A DNA stretch of 64,000 bases from Rhynchobatus australiae (lineage: Eukaryota): NCBI GenBank assembly GCA_034780895.1, contig JAUZTB010000042.1, positions 12,669,974 through 12,733,973 on the forward strand, given 5' to 3'. Numbering within the stretch: position 1 is the first letter of the stretch; every line of letters begins with the position of its first letter. Positions 12,751 through 25,248 of the stretch are shown piece after piece. Under the pieces are notes generated by a model. The model saw only the letters and a list, made by a program, of their open reading frames with translations, was not told the DNA's origin and made no database searches. A program made the translations under genes and the position numbers.

Positions 12751-13449
12751 GATTTATATAACATGCATATTGTGAGGAAGGTGCTTAGTATCTGAAATGT
12801 GATTGCGCGGTGCAAGTTATGTGCCATGCTTCTGCCAGGTAAAAAATTGTTTATGCAAAAAAAAATCGTGTAATTAAAACGCGTCTTAAGTAGAGCAGTG
12901 GCCATCACAAAACAGCTGTTTAATCCTGTCATGTAGTTAAATAGAAATAAATACTTGTAATTAATTTCACTATTTTATGAAAAGCCAATTCTGGAAAATG
13001 TGTCCTTTTTGTTTTAAAAATGCACTTTGCATATGCTTGGAAGATGTTAATTATGTAGCTAGAAAAGAGGGAAAATGTGAAGCTAATAGTGGAATGGTCT
13101 GTTTTAATGCACGGCATCTCTTTTTTTTGTTGGCACTTTTCACTTGAGAATGATATTATGCCATTTAAAATTTCATGGATGTACTTCCTTTGGAAATCCT
13201 GCCTGGTAGGAGGATGTACAAACGTCATGAAAGCCTTGAGAGCGGAGTTTTGTTTTTAATTATGACTGTGCAGATGATAGAATAATAGAGCTTAAAATGA
13301 TGAAAAATTTAGGGTAAAATAGATAGTAGGAGCATCAGATGTCAGAAAAACAAGATTAACTGGCAGCATTCACAATTGTTACTTGCATAGACGTATGTTA
13401 GGAAAATAATAGTGTGCCTGCCTTGCCGCATGCAGTCAATATACTGTGT

Positions 13450-14080
13450 GGATAAGTACATAGGAAAGAGGAGCAGGAGTAGGTCTTTTGGCCCTTGACA
13501 CTTGCACTGCCATTTGTGAAAATGAACGGTGATTTTGTACTTCAATGTACTTTTATTTGCTCAATCCCCACATCCCTTGATTCCCTTTTAATATCCAGAG
13601 ATTTATTGATTTCTGTTTTAAATGAACTTGATGACCGAGCCTCAACAGCTGCCTGGGGTAGAGAATTCCAAAGATTCACCATCCTCTGTGAAGAAACTTC
13701 TCATCTCCTGGCTTTAATGGCCTAATCCTTATTCTGAGACTGTGACCCCTGGTTGTCACTCCTCCCTGCATCCAACCTTTGGAGCCCTGCGAGAGTTTTG
13801 TAAGTTTCAATGAGATCTTCTTTCAGTTCTTCTGATCTCTGGAGAATACAGGCCTAGCCCACTCAATCACTCCTCGTTTGGCAAACCCACCATTCCTGGA
13901 ACCAGTCTAGTGAATCTTTGTTGCACTTCCTCTATAACATGTATGTTCTCCTTAAGGCAAGGAGACCAAAGCTGGGCACAATACTTGCGGTGCGGTCTCA
14001 CCTGGGCCCTGTATATTTACAGTAAGGTAATAATTTCTATACTAGAATCCTCTTGTAATGAAAGCCAACATACAATTTGN
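13450..14080 (-). mobile_element. CR1 LINE 3' region
   Basis: Reverse-complement CR1 motifs (ggggtagagaattccaaagattcacc; ggagaccaaagctgggcacaatact). Confidence 0.75.
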
Positions 14081-14164
14081 NNNNNNNNNNNNNNNNNNNN
14101 NNNNNNNNNNNNNNNNNNNNNNNGGACACCTGTGTCCCTTTTTGATTGTCAATATTAATCATGT

Positions 14165-15310
14165 ATCATAGAAACAGAACAGAAACTGGTATTTTCAGCC
14201 CACCTTGGCCAGACTGATAATGATGGCTATATACACTAATCCCATTTGCATGCATTAGGCCCACATCCCTCAATGCCTTTCCTATCCAAGTGCCTGTCCA
14301 AATGCCTTTAAACACTGTAATAGTATTTGTCTCTGCCGCCTCCTCTGGCAGATCCATCTGGATATTCATTGCCCTTTGTGTGGAAAAACTTGTACCACAG
14401 ATCTCCTGTAAACTTTTCCCCTCCTCACCTCTTAACCTTGTGCCCTGTACTTCTGGCCTCTGCTATCCTGGGAAAAAGACTCTATCTTTCCTATCTATAC
14501 CCCTCATAATTTAATAAACCACTACGATCACCTCTCAGCCTCCTACATTCCAATGAAAATAAACTCAGCCTATCCAATCTCTCCTTGTAACTACAGCCTC
14601 CATTTCAGGCAACATACTGGTGAATCTGCACTGTTTATTGCTACCACATCTTTCCTGCAGTGTGGCAACCAGAACTGGACACAGTACTCAAGTGTGGTCT
14701 AAGTAATGTTCTGTACAACTGTAACATGATATCCCAGTTCTTGTGCTCAATGCCTTGGACTATGAAGGCAAGCATACCAAATGCCTTTTTCACTACCCTG
14801 TGCTGCTGCGTTCAGGGAATTATGGGCTTGCATTCTAAGTTCCCTGTCATTTACTCTGTATATCCGACCAGAATTTGACCTTCCAAAGTGCATTCCCTCG
14901 CTTGTCTGGATGAAATTACACTTGTCACTGCTCCACTCAACTTTCCAGCTGATCTGTGTCCCTCTGTACCCTTGGACAACCTTCATCCCTATCTACGACA
15001 CCACCAATTTCTGTATCACCTGCAAACTTGCTGGTCATTGCCACCTACATTCTTATTCAAGTCATTTATTTATAGACATTACAAAGAACAAAGGTTCCAG
15101 CAGTGATCCTTGCAGTACACCACATGTTGCAGATTTCCAGTCAGTAAAGCACCTATCCATCACCCCCCTCTGGTTCCTAACACCAAGCCAAGTTTGGATT
15201 CATTTTGTCACCATGGATCTCTTATCCCCTTGACCTTGTGGACACCAACACAAAGGTCCTAGCACCAATCCCCACAGTATATCATTTTGTTACAGATTTC
15301 CAGTCAGGTC
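14165..15310 (-). mobile_element. CR1 LINE RT C-terminus and 3' end
   Basis: Minus-strand MHFGRSNSGRIYRVNDREL and KGIWYACLH-type segments; 3' tail at 14170-14300. Confidence 0.85.
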
Positions 15311-16679
15311 TTTTTAAAATTGATTTCCAGCATTTTCACTCCTAAAGATCTTAACCTAAGATCTGTCTCCCACACTATGGGGTTATATTTGTTAAGAGAC
15401 TCCTCTGTATGCCACAGAGGTGTAAAACCAGTTCAGATGACTCCAGTTGTTGGAGGGACTGTTGATGGGGACAATTCCTGCCCAATCTCCTGTTTGAAAT
15501 TGGTCCCTGATGCGCACAGTCTAGGTCCTGCTAACTCCCTTGGTCAACTCTAAGTTCTTTCAGAGCCTTTTAAGAAGTGCAGACTTTCCTTCAGAAAGTG
15601 CACACTAGCACTAGCAAGTAGTGGTTTTCAGACTTCTGCTTGTATATCTGGTCGGTTAATAGAGTGGCCAACATCTGGCTGCATATAGAAATCTTGACAC
15701 TGCAGCCAGCAGAACAATGCCATGTGCCTGGTTCTTCGAAACGCTCTTTCCATTTTTTCTTCTGGGCAATCAAGTTTAACTCCCGTAATCATGGGTTAAG
15801 GGGTTGTCCAATTGGAATTAGTCTGAGGAGAAACTACTGTAAATATTTGGAATTCTCTAACTGAAAGTCTATAGATGCCCATTTGAAGAGGATATTAAAG
15901 ATTGATAGATTTATGGGCTGCAGAAAAATTGAATGTAGGGGTTAAGTGGTAAAGTGGAGTTGATGTGGAAGTTCACCATTATTGAGTGGTAGCACAGACT
16001 TGTGGTGTGAGTGAACTTCCTTCTGTTATTATGTTTAATGCTTGTTCTTCACCCAATGGTCACCAGTCTCAATGCGAGATGTGGCCCATGGCCAAGGGAC
16101 TAGTCAGTTGCAACTGTGCAGTGATGGACACGCTGATGCTACTCAATGTATGGCCACTTGTTCTCTTGTGCTTGGCTAAGATAAGGATGGGTGGTTTCAG
16201 CTGAATTCAGTTGATATTGCTTTTCCAGGGATTTAAAATAATATCACAAATATTCTCTGCTTATTGGGATTTCAAATCTTGCAATCTTTCACAAGGAAAT
16301 AGCATAAAATAAGGCGATCTGACCTTTATATCATCTCCAAGGATATTGGAACCTGCATGTGCAAAAGCTGAAGAATAGCAGTTAGGGAGGAGGAACCAAA
16401 TGAAAATGCATATGGGTGAGCACGTAAACTCTTCAGTGTTGTTCCAGTGAGTTTGATCAGTTTCATAACTGCAAGCTCCAACTAAATCCATGATTCCTGT
16501 TCAATCAGTGTGAACAATACACCTTAAAGATCTTTTTCTGAAAGGGGAAACATTTATTTGCCGTTTATGATACATGAGGACATATTTATACATTCATGTA
16601 TCAGAATGGCAAATGTTTCCCCTAAAACACTAAGTCATAAATGACACATGGAAGGGAGTTCTGCAGCCTTTGTTCAAGA

Positions 16680-17500
16680 TACAAGGAAGTAGGAGCAGGA
16701 GTTAGCCACCTGGCCCAGTCATTATACGTGATTGTAGCTGATTTGCCCCAGAGCTCGCTCCTCTTTTGTGCCAGTTCCCCATAAATCTCAATGCCCTGAT
16801 CTTTCAAAAATGTATGTCCCTCCTTTTTCAAATGCCTTCCAGTGATCTAGCCTCTCTAACCCTGCGGAGTAGAGACCACGCGGCACGGTAGCGTAGTAGT
16901 TAGCACGACACTATTACAGCGCCAGCGATTGGGGTTCGCTTCCCGCTGCTGTCTGTAAGGAGTTCGTACGTTCTCCCGTGTCTGCATGGGTTTCCTCCGG
17001 GTGCTCCAGTTTCCTCCCACATTCTAAAGACGTACGGGTAGGTTNNNNNNNNNNNNNNNNNNNNNNNNNNNNNNNNNNNNNNNNNNNNNNNNNNNNNNNN
17101 NNNNNNNNNNNNNNNNNNNNNNNNNNNNNNNNNNNNNNNNNNNNTTAATTTGGGGTTTAAAATGGGCGGCGCAGACTCATTGGGCCAGAAGGGCCTGTTA
17201 CCACGCTGTAAATAAAATTTTTAAAAATTAGAACTTCAGGCATTTCCTACCCTCAATGAAGAAATTACTATGCACCCTGGTTTAAATGGCAGCCCACTTA
17301 CCTTGTAACCATATCCCCATGTTTGAGACTCTTTCACTAGTAGAAACATCTCCAACAGTGTTGTGCCCCCTAACCTTCTGTGTTTCAATAAGATCATCCC
17401 TCATTCTTTTAAACTCCAACAAAAAATATAGATCCAACTTTAGCCCTCTGATCCCAGAAATTAGCCTAATTGATTACTTCTGGACTGCCTCCAGTGTTTA
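16680..17500 (-). mobile_element. CR1 3' fragment interrupted by a V-SINE
   Basis: CR1 reverse-complement motifs on both sides of the SINE (gaagtaggagcaggagt.. and aaatggcagcccactt..). Confidence 0.6.
16880..17228 (+). mobile_element. tRNA-derived V-SINE (HE1-like)
   Basis: A-box-like tagcgtagtagtt, B-box-like ggttcgcttcc, V-domain gggtttcctccgggtgctccagtttcctcccac, and CR1-like tail gggccagaagggcctgtt..aataaaa. Many CpGs are retained, suggesting a young copy. Confidence 0.85.
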
Positions 17501-19859
17501 CTCCAGATGCCAGCATCTGCAGTCTCTTTTGACTCCATTATGTTTCCAGTGTTGGTATATCTTTTGAATAAGAGGATCAAGGCTTGACACAATGCATCTG
17601 ATTCCTTTACAATCAGTGTAAGCAAATTCCTTCATTCACAAAGGATATAAATTCATTATGATTATGCAAAAAGCTCCATGGTAACTTTGCAGGAATCATA
17701 ACTTCAAGGACCAATGCAAGGAGCCATGGCATTATTTTTAGTACAGAAATAGAATCATTACTTTTCTTTTCAGACATTGGGAAAGGATTTGCTCTGGGAA
17801 CAGTACGGAAGAAAACCATGAATACATCTATACTGGGTTCAGTAATTGTATTTAGTTCGTAAGTTATTTTTTGCATTTCAGGGATTCCCCTCAGTTGTCA
17901 GGTTGTGTATGTTTGAAGCTGCTAATTAGCCTGTGCCAGATTTGTAGATGACATGTATGCATCTGTATTGATCATTCTTTTGTTGAATAAACTAGATGCT
18001 CCATATATGGAACTACTTGCCTGTAAATATATCTTGAGGCTTTTAACTATAACCATCTTGTGCCACAAACTCTGAACTAGATCCCCGCCCCTTCATTCTT
18101 TTTTCACTTTGTATGCAGTTCTGAGATGTGCCTTTTCAAGGTGATGCACTATTCCATGCACTTAACAGCAGGCGTTACAATGACCTCCAGGAGCATAAAG
18201 ACATTGAATCTTGAGGGTGGGTTTGAATGCTCTTTGCCAGTAATAATAAGTGTGCATCAGATATCCACACCAGAAGTTTATGATTGATTTCTACTTAATG
18301 TTCTGTACTGGTATAGCATGCTTCTACATCTTGGTTCCAATAACTCCCAGCAGGGAGTGATTTCCTCTGAGTAGGTGCTTTAACAAACCAGATAAGGATT
18401 ACATATTGCAAGGAGGAGGATTTTCCATAGGGAGTAGTTGAGAGAGAATTCTCTGGGGGGGGGGGGAGAAACTGAATAATAAATATTTGAAGTGGAGTTG
18501 TAGAAAAGGCTCTGGAGAGAGATGAACAGAGGGATTAGTTTTCTGCAGCTATCAAGGGATAAATCGCCACCTTCTGCACTGTGAACTTTTAAATAAAAAG
18601 ATAAAAATAAAAAAATCTCTGTGGTGTTTGTTAATGTCACCACCGAGTAATTGGAAAAGGTCTTTCTTTGTCATGCTTTACTTTTCCAAAAAAACATTAC
18701 AGTGGCATATTTTGGATGTGCAGTCTACTTTGTAGCCTTCAACGCTATTTCATAAACTCTGTCCCAGTCAAATAAACAGCTCTTACTGTTCCTTGACAGT
18801 CTGACGCATCTATTTTACCTCCATCAATGGTGTAGGCATCCTTCAACACAGTTTGCATTCCGTGTGTAAAACATTTTGAGCTAATGGGGCTTTTATTAAT
18901 GAAAATACACATTGTGGATATTCTGTATGCATGTGATGAATGCACAGCCTCTGAGGCACAGACACTGGCAGAGGCTGTTGACTGTTATTTGTTTTGTATT
19001 CTGCTCTCACTTTAAATCACAATGTATTGATTTTTCCATAACTGGGAAATTACTTCATTGAAACATATGATTAAGTACTCTGGATTTGACTCTTAAGACC
19101 TCTTAAGTAAGGTAGTGACCCAGTCATTCTGAGCATGTGTTTCTGTTTTTCCCCTTCATGTCACTTGTCATTTGCATGGTGTAAATCTTAAACCTTGTCC
19201 CACTAGGGTCTTTTCTCATATTGTGCTGCCGACTTGCATCTCCAGACTAGCTGTGGCATTAGGTTAGAGATTGCTTCATTAAAATTGGAAGCTGGTACTA
19301 ATCTACTACATTATCTTCCCCATGACTTCATTTCTTTGTGCCTTTTTCTCAAGTGTCCTATTGATATCTCATTTAGATTCAACATTCTGACCACCATTGC
19401 TTGCGTTTGGTTTAGGCCACTTCTCAACTGGCTCTCCAGTTACTGTATATTTCATTTTAACCCTCAATTTTTCCCCAGAATTTTTGTTTCAGGCTGTACT
19501 TGAAGCAGAGATATTTACTGTGAACTGTATGAGAACATTTGCAGGTGTTTCTTGTAAACTTAGCCAATTAGTTGTTAATGACCATGAGGGGTCTGATTAA
19601 ATGCATCTGTTGTGAACGGGAGGGGGGAAGGGGGAATGATTCTTCAGCCAGGTTTAGCTAATACTAAGAAAATGGTTATTATGAGGTGGTTTTAAGGGAG
19701 AGTTTGCTTTGCAATTGTTTCCAATTCAGGTTGTATTTAACCATCACACTTTTCTTTCATGTTGCAACCTTCAGAAAGTTGGTCAGTGTGGACTTGGCAG
19801 GCTGAAGGCTTTGTTTCCGTTATATAACTCTTGGGAATAATTGTTGTAGGGAGGATGAG

Positions 19860-20330
19860 ATGATTACTTTGTCATCCTATCTGAAGAGGCTGCTCCTCAA
19901 GCTCTGGCTGCACCTCAGCCCGACGCTGTTGATCTACGGTCACCTGGTGTGGTGGGGGTCGGGTTGTTCAGGGGATCTCTTGGTTGGTCTTGGGCTTGGC
20001 CAAGCTGGCCATCCACGGTCCAGGTGGCGGACAGTCAAGGGTTCGGGAGGGGCTGCCTACCTGTTACGTCTGCACCCGGGTGTCCTTGGAGAGGGAATAC
20101 GTGGTATCCGTGGGTGTCCTGGGTGAATTCTGCAATCGGTGGGCCCCTCTGGGGATCGTGTGTGTCATGAACAGTGTTCAACCATTCTGATCTGAAGAAG
20201 TGTGTTTTGTGGTAGTTTAGTTAGTAATATCTGCTCTAGTCTACTTCTGCATAGTTTTCTTTCGTATTAGCTGCTGTAGTTTTTGTATGTCATTTTGTAG
20301 TGCTTTCAGCAAATAAACTTTCGTATATTT
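19860..20330 (+). mobile_element. Unclassified repeat-like segment (possible solo LTR or LINE 3' end)
   Basis: GC-rich, CpG-retaining block followed by a T-rich stretch with AATAAA at ~20312. Family not recognised. Confidence 0.25.
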
Positions 20331-21404
20331 AATTTTTTTTTAAATTCCAGGCTAAACCTGTCCTTTCACTCATGATTATGATCATATTGTCCATTCCACA
20401 CTAGACTGAGTGTTGCATTAGCACTTATCCAGGGGTACAGCTTTGAGTGGCTTGCACGACTTGTAGCTGTGTTGAAAGATCCCATGCTTCACTGATTAAA
20501 GGGGAGTTGCTGGTTGCCTGCAATGGCCAGTAGAAATCATTCCAAAGGTTTGGGAATGTTGGAGTATGAAAGTGAACACCCCTATTTTCATGTTTGGTCT
20601 CCACTCTGTACAAGTGATGTAATCTCAGATGGGAAAGGTTTGGTCATGCAGGGCAGAGATGAGAAGAAATTTCTTCACCCAGAGTGGTGACTCTTTGGAG
20701 TTCACCACTCGTGGAGGCTTGGTCACTGAGCATTTTTAGCACAGAGACTTGTAGATATTAAGAAAATTGAGGGATGTAGGGTTGGTATAGAAGAGTGGTG
20801 CTGAGGTAAATGATCAGCCATGATCTTATTGAATGTCATCCCTTGGGTGACATCTCCAGGCCATTTTGACTGCCTTCTCTCCTCCTCCCACATTTGACAT
20901 CAGATGGCATGTTTTTGAAAATGTACGAAGCCAAGGTCTTGGTTCTTGAGTGCAAACTGAAGCTTTCGATGAGGGACCAATGAACATTCAAAGGTGTTCT
21001 GATTTCTAGGCTATTGTATTCATTTGGTTATGTGAAAGCCAATTTGCTGCTCTTCTGAACTCTATTTGGAAACTCCAGCTGTGCTCGGTTGAGGAGATGA
21101 CCACAACATGTTGCAAACTAAACTGTTTTCATTTACTTCACATTCAGTTACAGATGCAATTTTAAGAATTCCTAAAAACATGTTCTCCTGTGGCAGATTT
21201 ATTTTTTTGAACTCTGGATTCTCCACAGTTGACTGGTGTTGTTCATACTGAAGGTGGCCTTCATTGACTGACTTCGATGTAGGTAATCTCTCACAGATCG
21301 ATTGATTGGATACCCCACCTACAGCAATAATTTTAACGCAAAATCTATGTGCCTTGAATATGTTAAATTGATCCTTTATCTAGAGTAGACATTGCTTCCA
21401 AAGT

Positions 21405-21490
21405 TTAAAACCTGTATGATCAGTTTGCAAGACAAGTTTTTCACTGTACCTTGGTACCCATTCTATGTTTCTAAGTGACAATAATATACC
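21405..21490 (+). mobile_element. Rex/Babar-type 3' tail
   Basis: acctgtatgatcagtttgcaagacaagtttttcactgtaccttggtac..aagtgacaataata; reverse complement of the copies at 32.6, 41.2, 44.5 and 46.9 kb. Confidence 0.7.
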
Positions 21491-21639
21491 AAATAGAACA
21501 AGGTGACACTTGGATAGCTTACTAGCTCTTGAATTATTGGAATATTTACCACAATGAGAAACAACACATTTGTCATCTTGCATCTCTTTAAGATGTTCCA
21601 TGGTCAGTGGTTCAGTTTTGAAGTTTGGACTATTTTCAT

Positions 21640-21950
21640 AAAGCAATGTGGCAATAAATTTGCAGATAGACAGCAGTGGGAGAGATTGCATTGTGATCTT
21701 TTTTTTATTTGATGGTGTTGATTGAGTAATGAGCGTTGGTTAGTCTTTATTACTCCCTTTATTGAAACAAAAACCTGAGATCTTTATCACCTATCAAAAC
21801 AAGCTTGCTTTGTTTTTCATGTGAAGATGGCATCTCTAAGCACAAAGTCCTCTGCTCTGCACTGAAGTGTTGCTCTCAATTTATGTACTCTGGTACTGAA
21901 GTGGGGCTTGAACCCATAATCCTCTGACTCAGCAGTGAGAGGGCTAACTG
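21640..21950 (-). mobile_element. Deu-domain SINE remnant
   Basis: ctgcactgaagtgtt..gtggggcttgaacccataatcctctgactcagcagtgagagggcta is a reverse-complement tRNA-like SINE head. Confidence 0.6.
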
Positions 21951-24261
21951 GAATAGTGACACATCCTATAATGTGCAAGGCAAATAGATGGACTCGATTT
22001 GAAAGGCTCCTTTCATTAATGCTAGCATAGTTATTTTACTCTTTCTTTAGGGTGGTACAACACCAAATCAGTGTTGGCAAAAGTTGACAAGTGTCTCAGA
22101 CATGCAGACCGATTTAGTGACAAGGAGTGATGTGCATTTTGAAACAAGTGGTTGGCACTTGCATGTCCCACTTCTCCCATTCAAGACGACAAAACCGTAT
22201 TTTGTGACTGAGGAAGGAATGAAAGTGCCAAAATTGGTGATGCATTTCTGAGCACAAGGGAGGTGCAGGTTAGGGTGGGGGTATTCGGAACTGTCTGCTG
22301 GGGTAAATTTAGATTTCCTGCATTTCAAAGCAGTTCTGCTTCAGCACTTTTGTACTTCACAGTTCCTAGTTTTTCTTTGTTTTCCTTAATGTTTAGTAGA
22401 AAACAAACCAGAGATGACCATATGAAACTAACACACAATCCAGGATGTCACTTTTGGTCAATTTGCCACATGTAATTTCTATCTCCCTCGTATCAAATTC
22501 AAACTTGCTACACCACCTTCCACAGAGATGCCAGGGCAGATTTTCATGGTCACTGATGGGGCAAAAAGTTGTGTCCTTCCACAGAAATTTACGCACAAGA
22601 TGTTCATTGTCTCCATTGTATTAAATGGAGAACACAAGATCATATATAGGACGTGGAAGCTTTGCAACGTGAGTGTTTACTTGCTGTTTTACTGCCATTC
22701 TCTTGCTCAGGTTTCTAGTTCATGCTGGCACTCTCCTTTTGGTGCCTCCTCACTGTTGCTGCTATTCTTTCCCCTTGAGTGTCAGAAGGCTTCTCTTTTT
22801 GCTGCTTTCCTTCTCCACAAGCTTTCCTGGGTTCTGGTTCTCCCAACCCTCCTTTCTAGGTGGGGGGGGGCGGAAGCAATCATCACTTCCTACTTAATTA
22901 CTATTCATTGCTTTGTCTTTCATTCCTTATCCTCTCTATCTTATGCCACTCTTTATTTTTGCTGTCTGTCTTCTTCAGGTCTGGTTTATTTATTTTCTTC
23001 AACCCAACCCCCTGTTGTCCATTTCAATTCTCTTCCTCCGTACACTCCCTAAGCTGTTGGTGCATTCACTGGATGGTTCACCTGCCTGTGAGCTAGCTGG
23101 TACTAATTTCCACCAATTTACCGTCTGTTGCCAAGATTTCCTATGTGCAGTGGATGGAATTAGAAGTTTGAATCATTTGGTATTGGGAGTTAGTAGAATG
23201 GNNNNNNNNNNCCCCAATGGCACCGAGTCATGTGAAGCAATAGACCTGAAAGGGTTAGTGGTCAAACAAGAGGACGATGTTTGGTGGGGTAGAATAGGTC
23301 CTCTTGTGTGACAGAATATGTTGGCTTGACCTCAAAATGTGACAGTTGGTACAAACAGCTTATGCCTGGCATTTGTACAACACCACTAGCTCCTGGACTA
23401 TGGTCAGCATTGAGACAACTTCTGCTTTATATCCTGTCTCATCAGTACAGATTATATTGAGGAGCCCTCTAAAGTTGTACTCGTACCACACCATGGACTT
23501 TGGTAGTTGCCAAGTTAGGTGCTGTTCATTTTTTGGTATGTTCTACCAAAGGCCTGGACACTTTTAATGTGAGCTGTTTTGCCTTTTAAATGCAAATTAC
23601 AAATGGTTGACAATCAATTTTACAGAAGTTTTGTATTAACGGAACAGTACACACTCAGCCTGTCAACCAACTGAAGGGGAATTAATAGAACAGTTCTCAT
23701 GTCATCCCATTTAGATTAATTATAATCCAAATATTTCCAGTCCATTGTCCTGTGATTTCAGGTATATTGAATCAATGTAGTGTCTTGATCCTCAATTGTT
23801 CAATGCTGAACCAAGCATTGGACTCGGTTGAGGACTGTATCCCTGTTTGCTGATGCCTGCTGTTGGTTTCAGGGTCCACGCCGATTATAGAGGAACATAT
23901 GGCAATGTGTTCTGAGCATTGCCAGGAAATCCACTCCATTTCCAATAGAGCTCATTCCTGATGCCAACTGAATTTGTTATGTTTAACCTCTTTATTAACA
24001 GCTGGCAATTTAAGTGCTGGTGCTCCCGAGCAACTGCAGTATAGGAGAAATACTTCANNNNNNNNNNNNNNNNNNNNNNNNNNNNNNNNNNNNNNNNNNN
24101 NNNNNNNNNNNNNNNNNNNNNNNNNNNNNNNNNNNNNNNNNNNNNNNNNNNNNNNNNTTTCTTGTTATGTCAGCAATGGGAAATTATACATGACTGTTTT
24201 TGAGCTGTGGAAAGTTCAAAATTCTCAAAAGAATGTATAGGTATGTGCTTTAGTATTTGGT

Positions 24262-24390
24262 ATGGGTTTCCTCCCACATTCCAAAGACATAGGGGTAGGT
24301 TAACATTGGTTTGAAATGGGTGGCGCAGACTCGTTGGGCCAGAAGGGCCTGTTACTATGCTGTAAATAAAATTTTTAAAAAATTTAAAAT
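24262..24390 (+). mobile_element. V-SINE 3' half
   Basis: ggtttcctcccacattccaaagac..gggccagaagggcctgttactatgctgtaaataaaattttt; near-identical to 17010-17228. Confidence 0.8.
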
Positions 24391-25096
24391 AATTGGGCTA
24401 ATCTACATGAGAGAAAAAGCATTGACACCATTGGGTTAAGCTTTTGAAAGCTTTTAGATTGTCTGCACATTAGTTGATAGATCGAAAAATGAGTAAAGTC
24501 TGTTTTAAGTTGGCAACTGGACATCTTTGCAAGATGTCATAAGAATTAGTGATGCATTTATTTTACAATATATGTCCGGGTGTTGCTGTTTTCAGATGGG
24601 TGCTGTATGAGGCATTGGTTGGAATTTTAACTCCTGATTGCACATGAGAGGCTAACCTATCAGGCAGGGACAGCAGAAGGGACTGGCCTATGCTGGTGAT
24701 TGGCACCTTGCTCAAAACAGTCAATTGGAAGCAATAGAAAGTAGGGCAACTGGGATCTATCTGTCGTTTTCCCCCACCCCACCCCCCCCCGGTAAAATGT
24801 GTGATGGGGTTTTGAGAATGGTCAGTGATTTTGTAAAGAAGTGGATTCCAGGACAAAAGTGACTTTGTGGACCTGGCACCCAAAAGGAAAATTTCTAAAC
24901 TTCCCTAGGAAGGCCTCGTCAGGCCTTCCTTCAGATTTGATCGCTTACCTGTCCAAAGTTATCTGATGGCAGCCACTATGGCCCAGTTTGCCTCATCTCC
25001 CCTGATTGGGGAGGGAAGTATTGAATGTGTTGCACAGTGCCTGTCGTTAGGATTGTCTGACTAGAGATGACTTTTAAAGTTAAGGCTAGCCTGACA

Positions 25097-25248
25097 GGGG
25101 CGGCACGGTAGTGTAGCGGTTCGCTTAACGTTATCACAGCACCAGTGATTCGGGTTCAATTCTGGCTGTCCTCTGTAAGGAGTTTGCACGTTCTCCCCGT
25201 GTCTGCGTGGGTTTCCTCTGGGTGCTCCGGTTTCCTCCCACATTCCAA
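25097..25248 (+). mobile_element. V-SINE 5' part (runs into a gap)
   Basis: ggggcggcacggtagtgtagcggtt, B box gggttcaattc, V-domain. Confidence 0.85.

Noticed and set aside
16880-16950. tRNA gene (also ~25100-25165)
   Set aside because: The A and B boxes belong to SINE heads followed by a V-domain; no complete cloverleaf.
18944-18978. 10-bp inverted repeat, plus short tandem duplications near 27012 and 55217
   Set aside because: Within expectation for chance or replication slippage in 64 kb.
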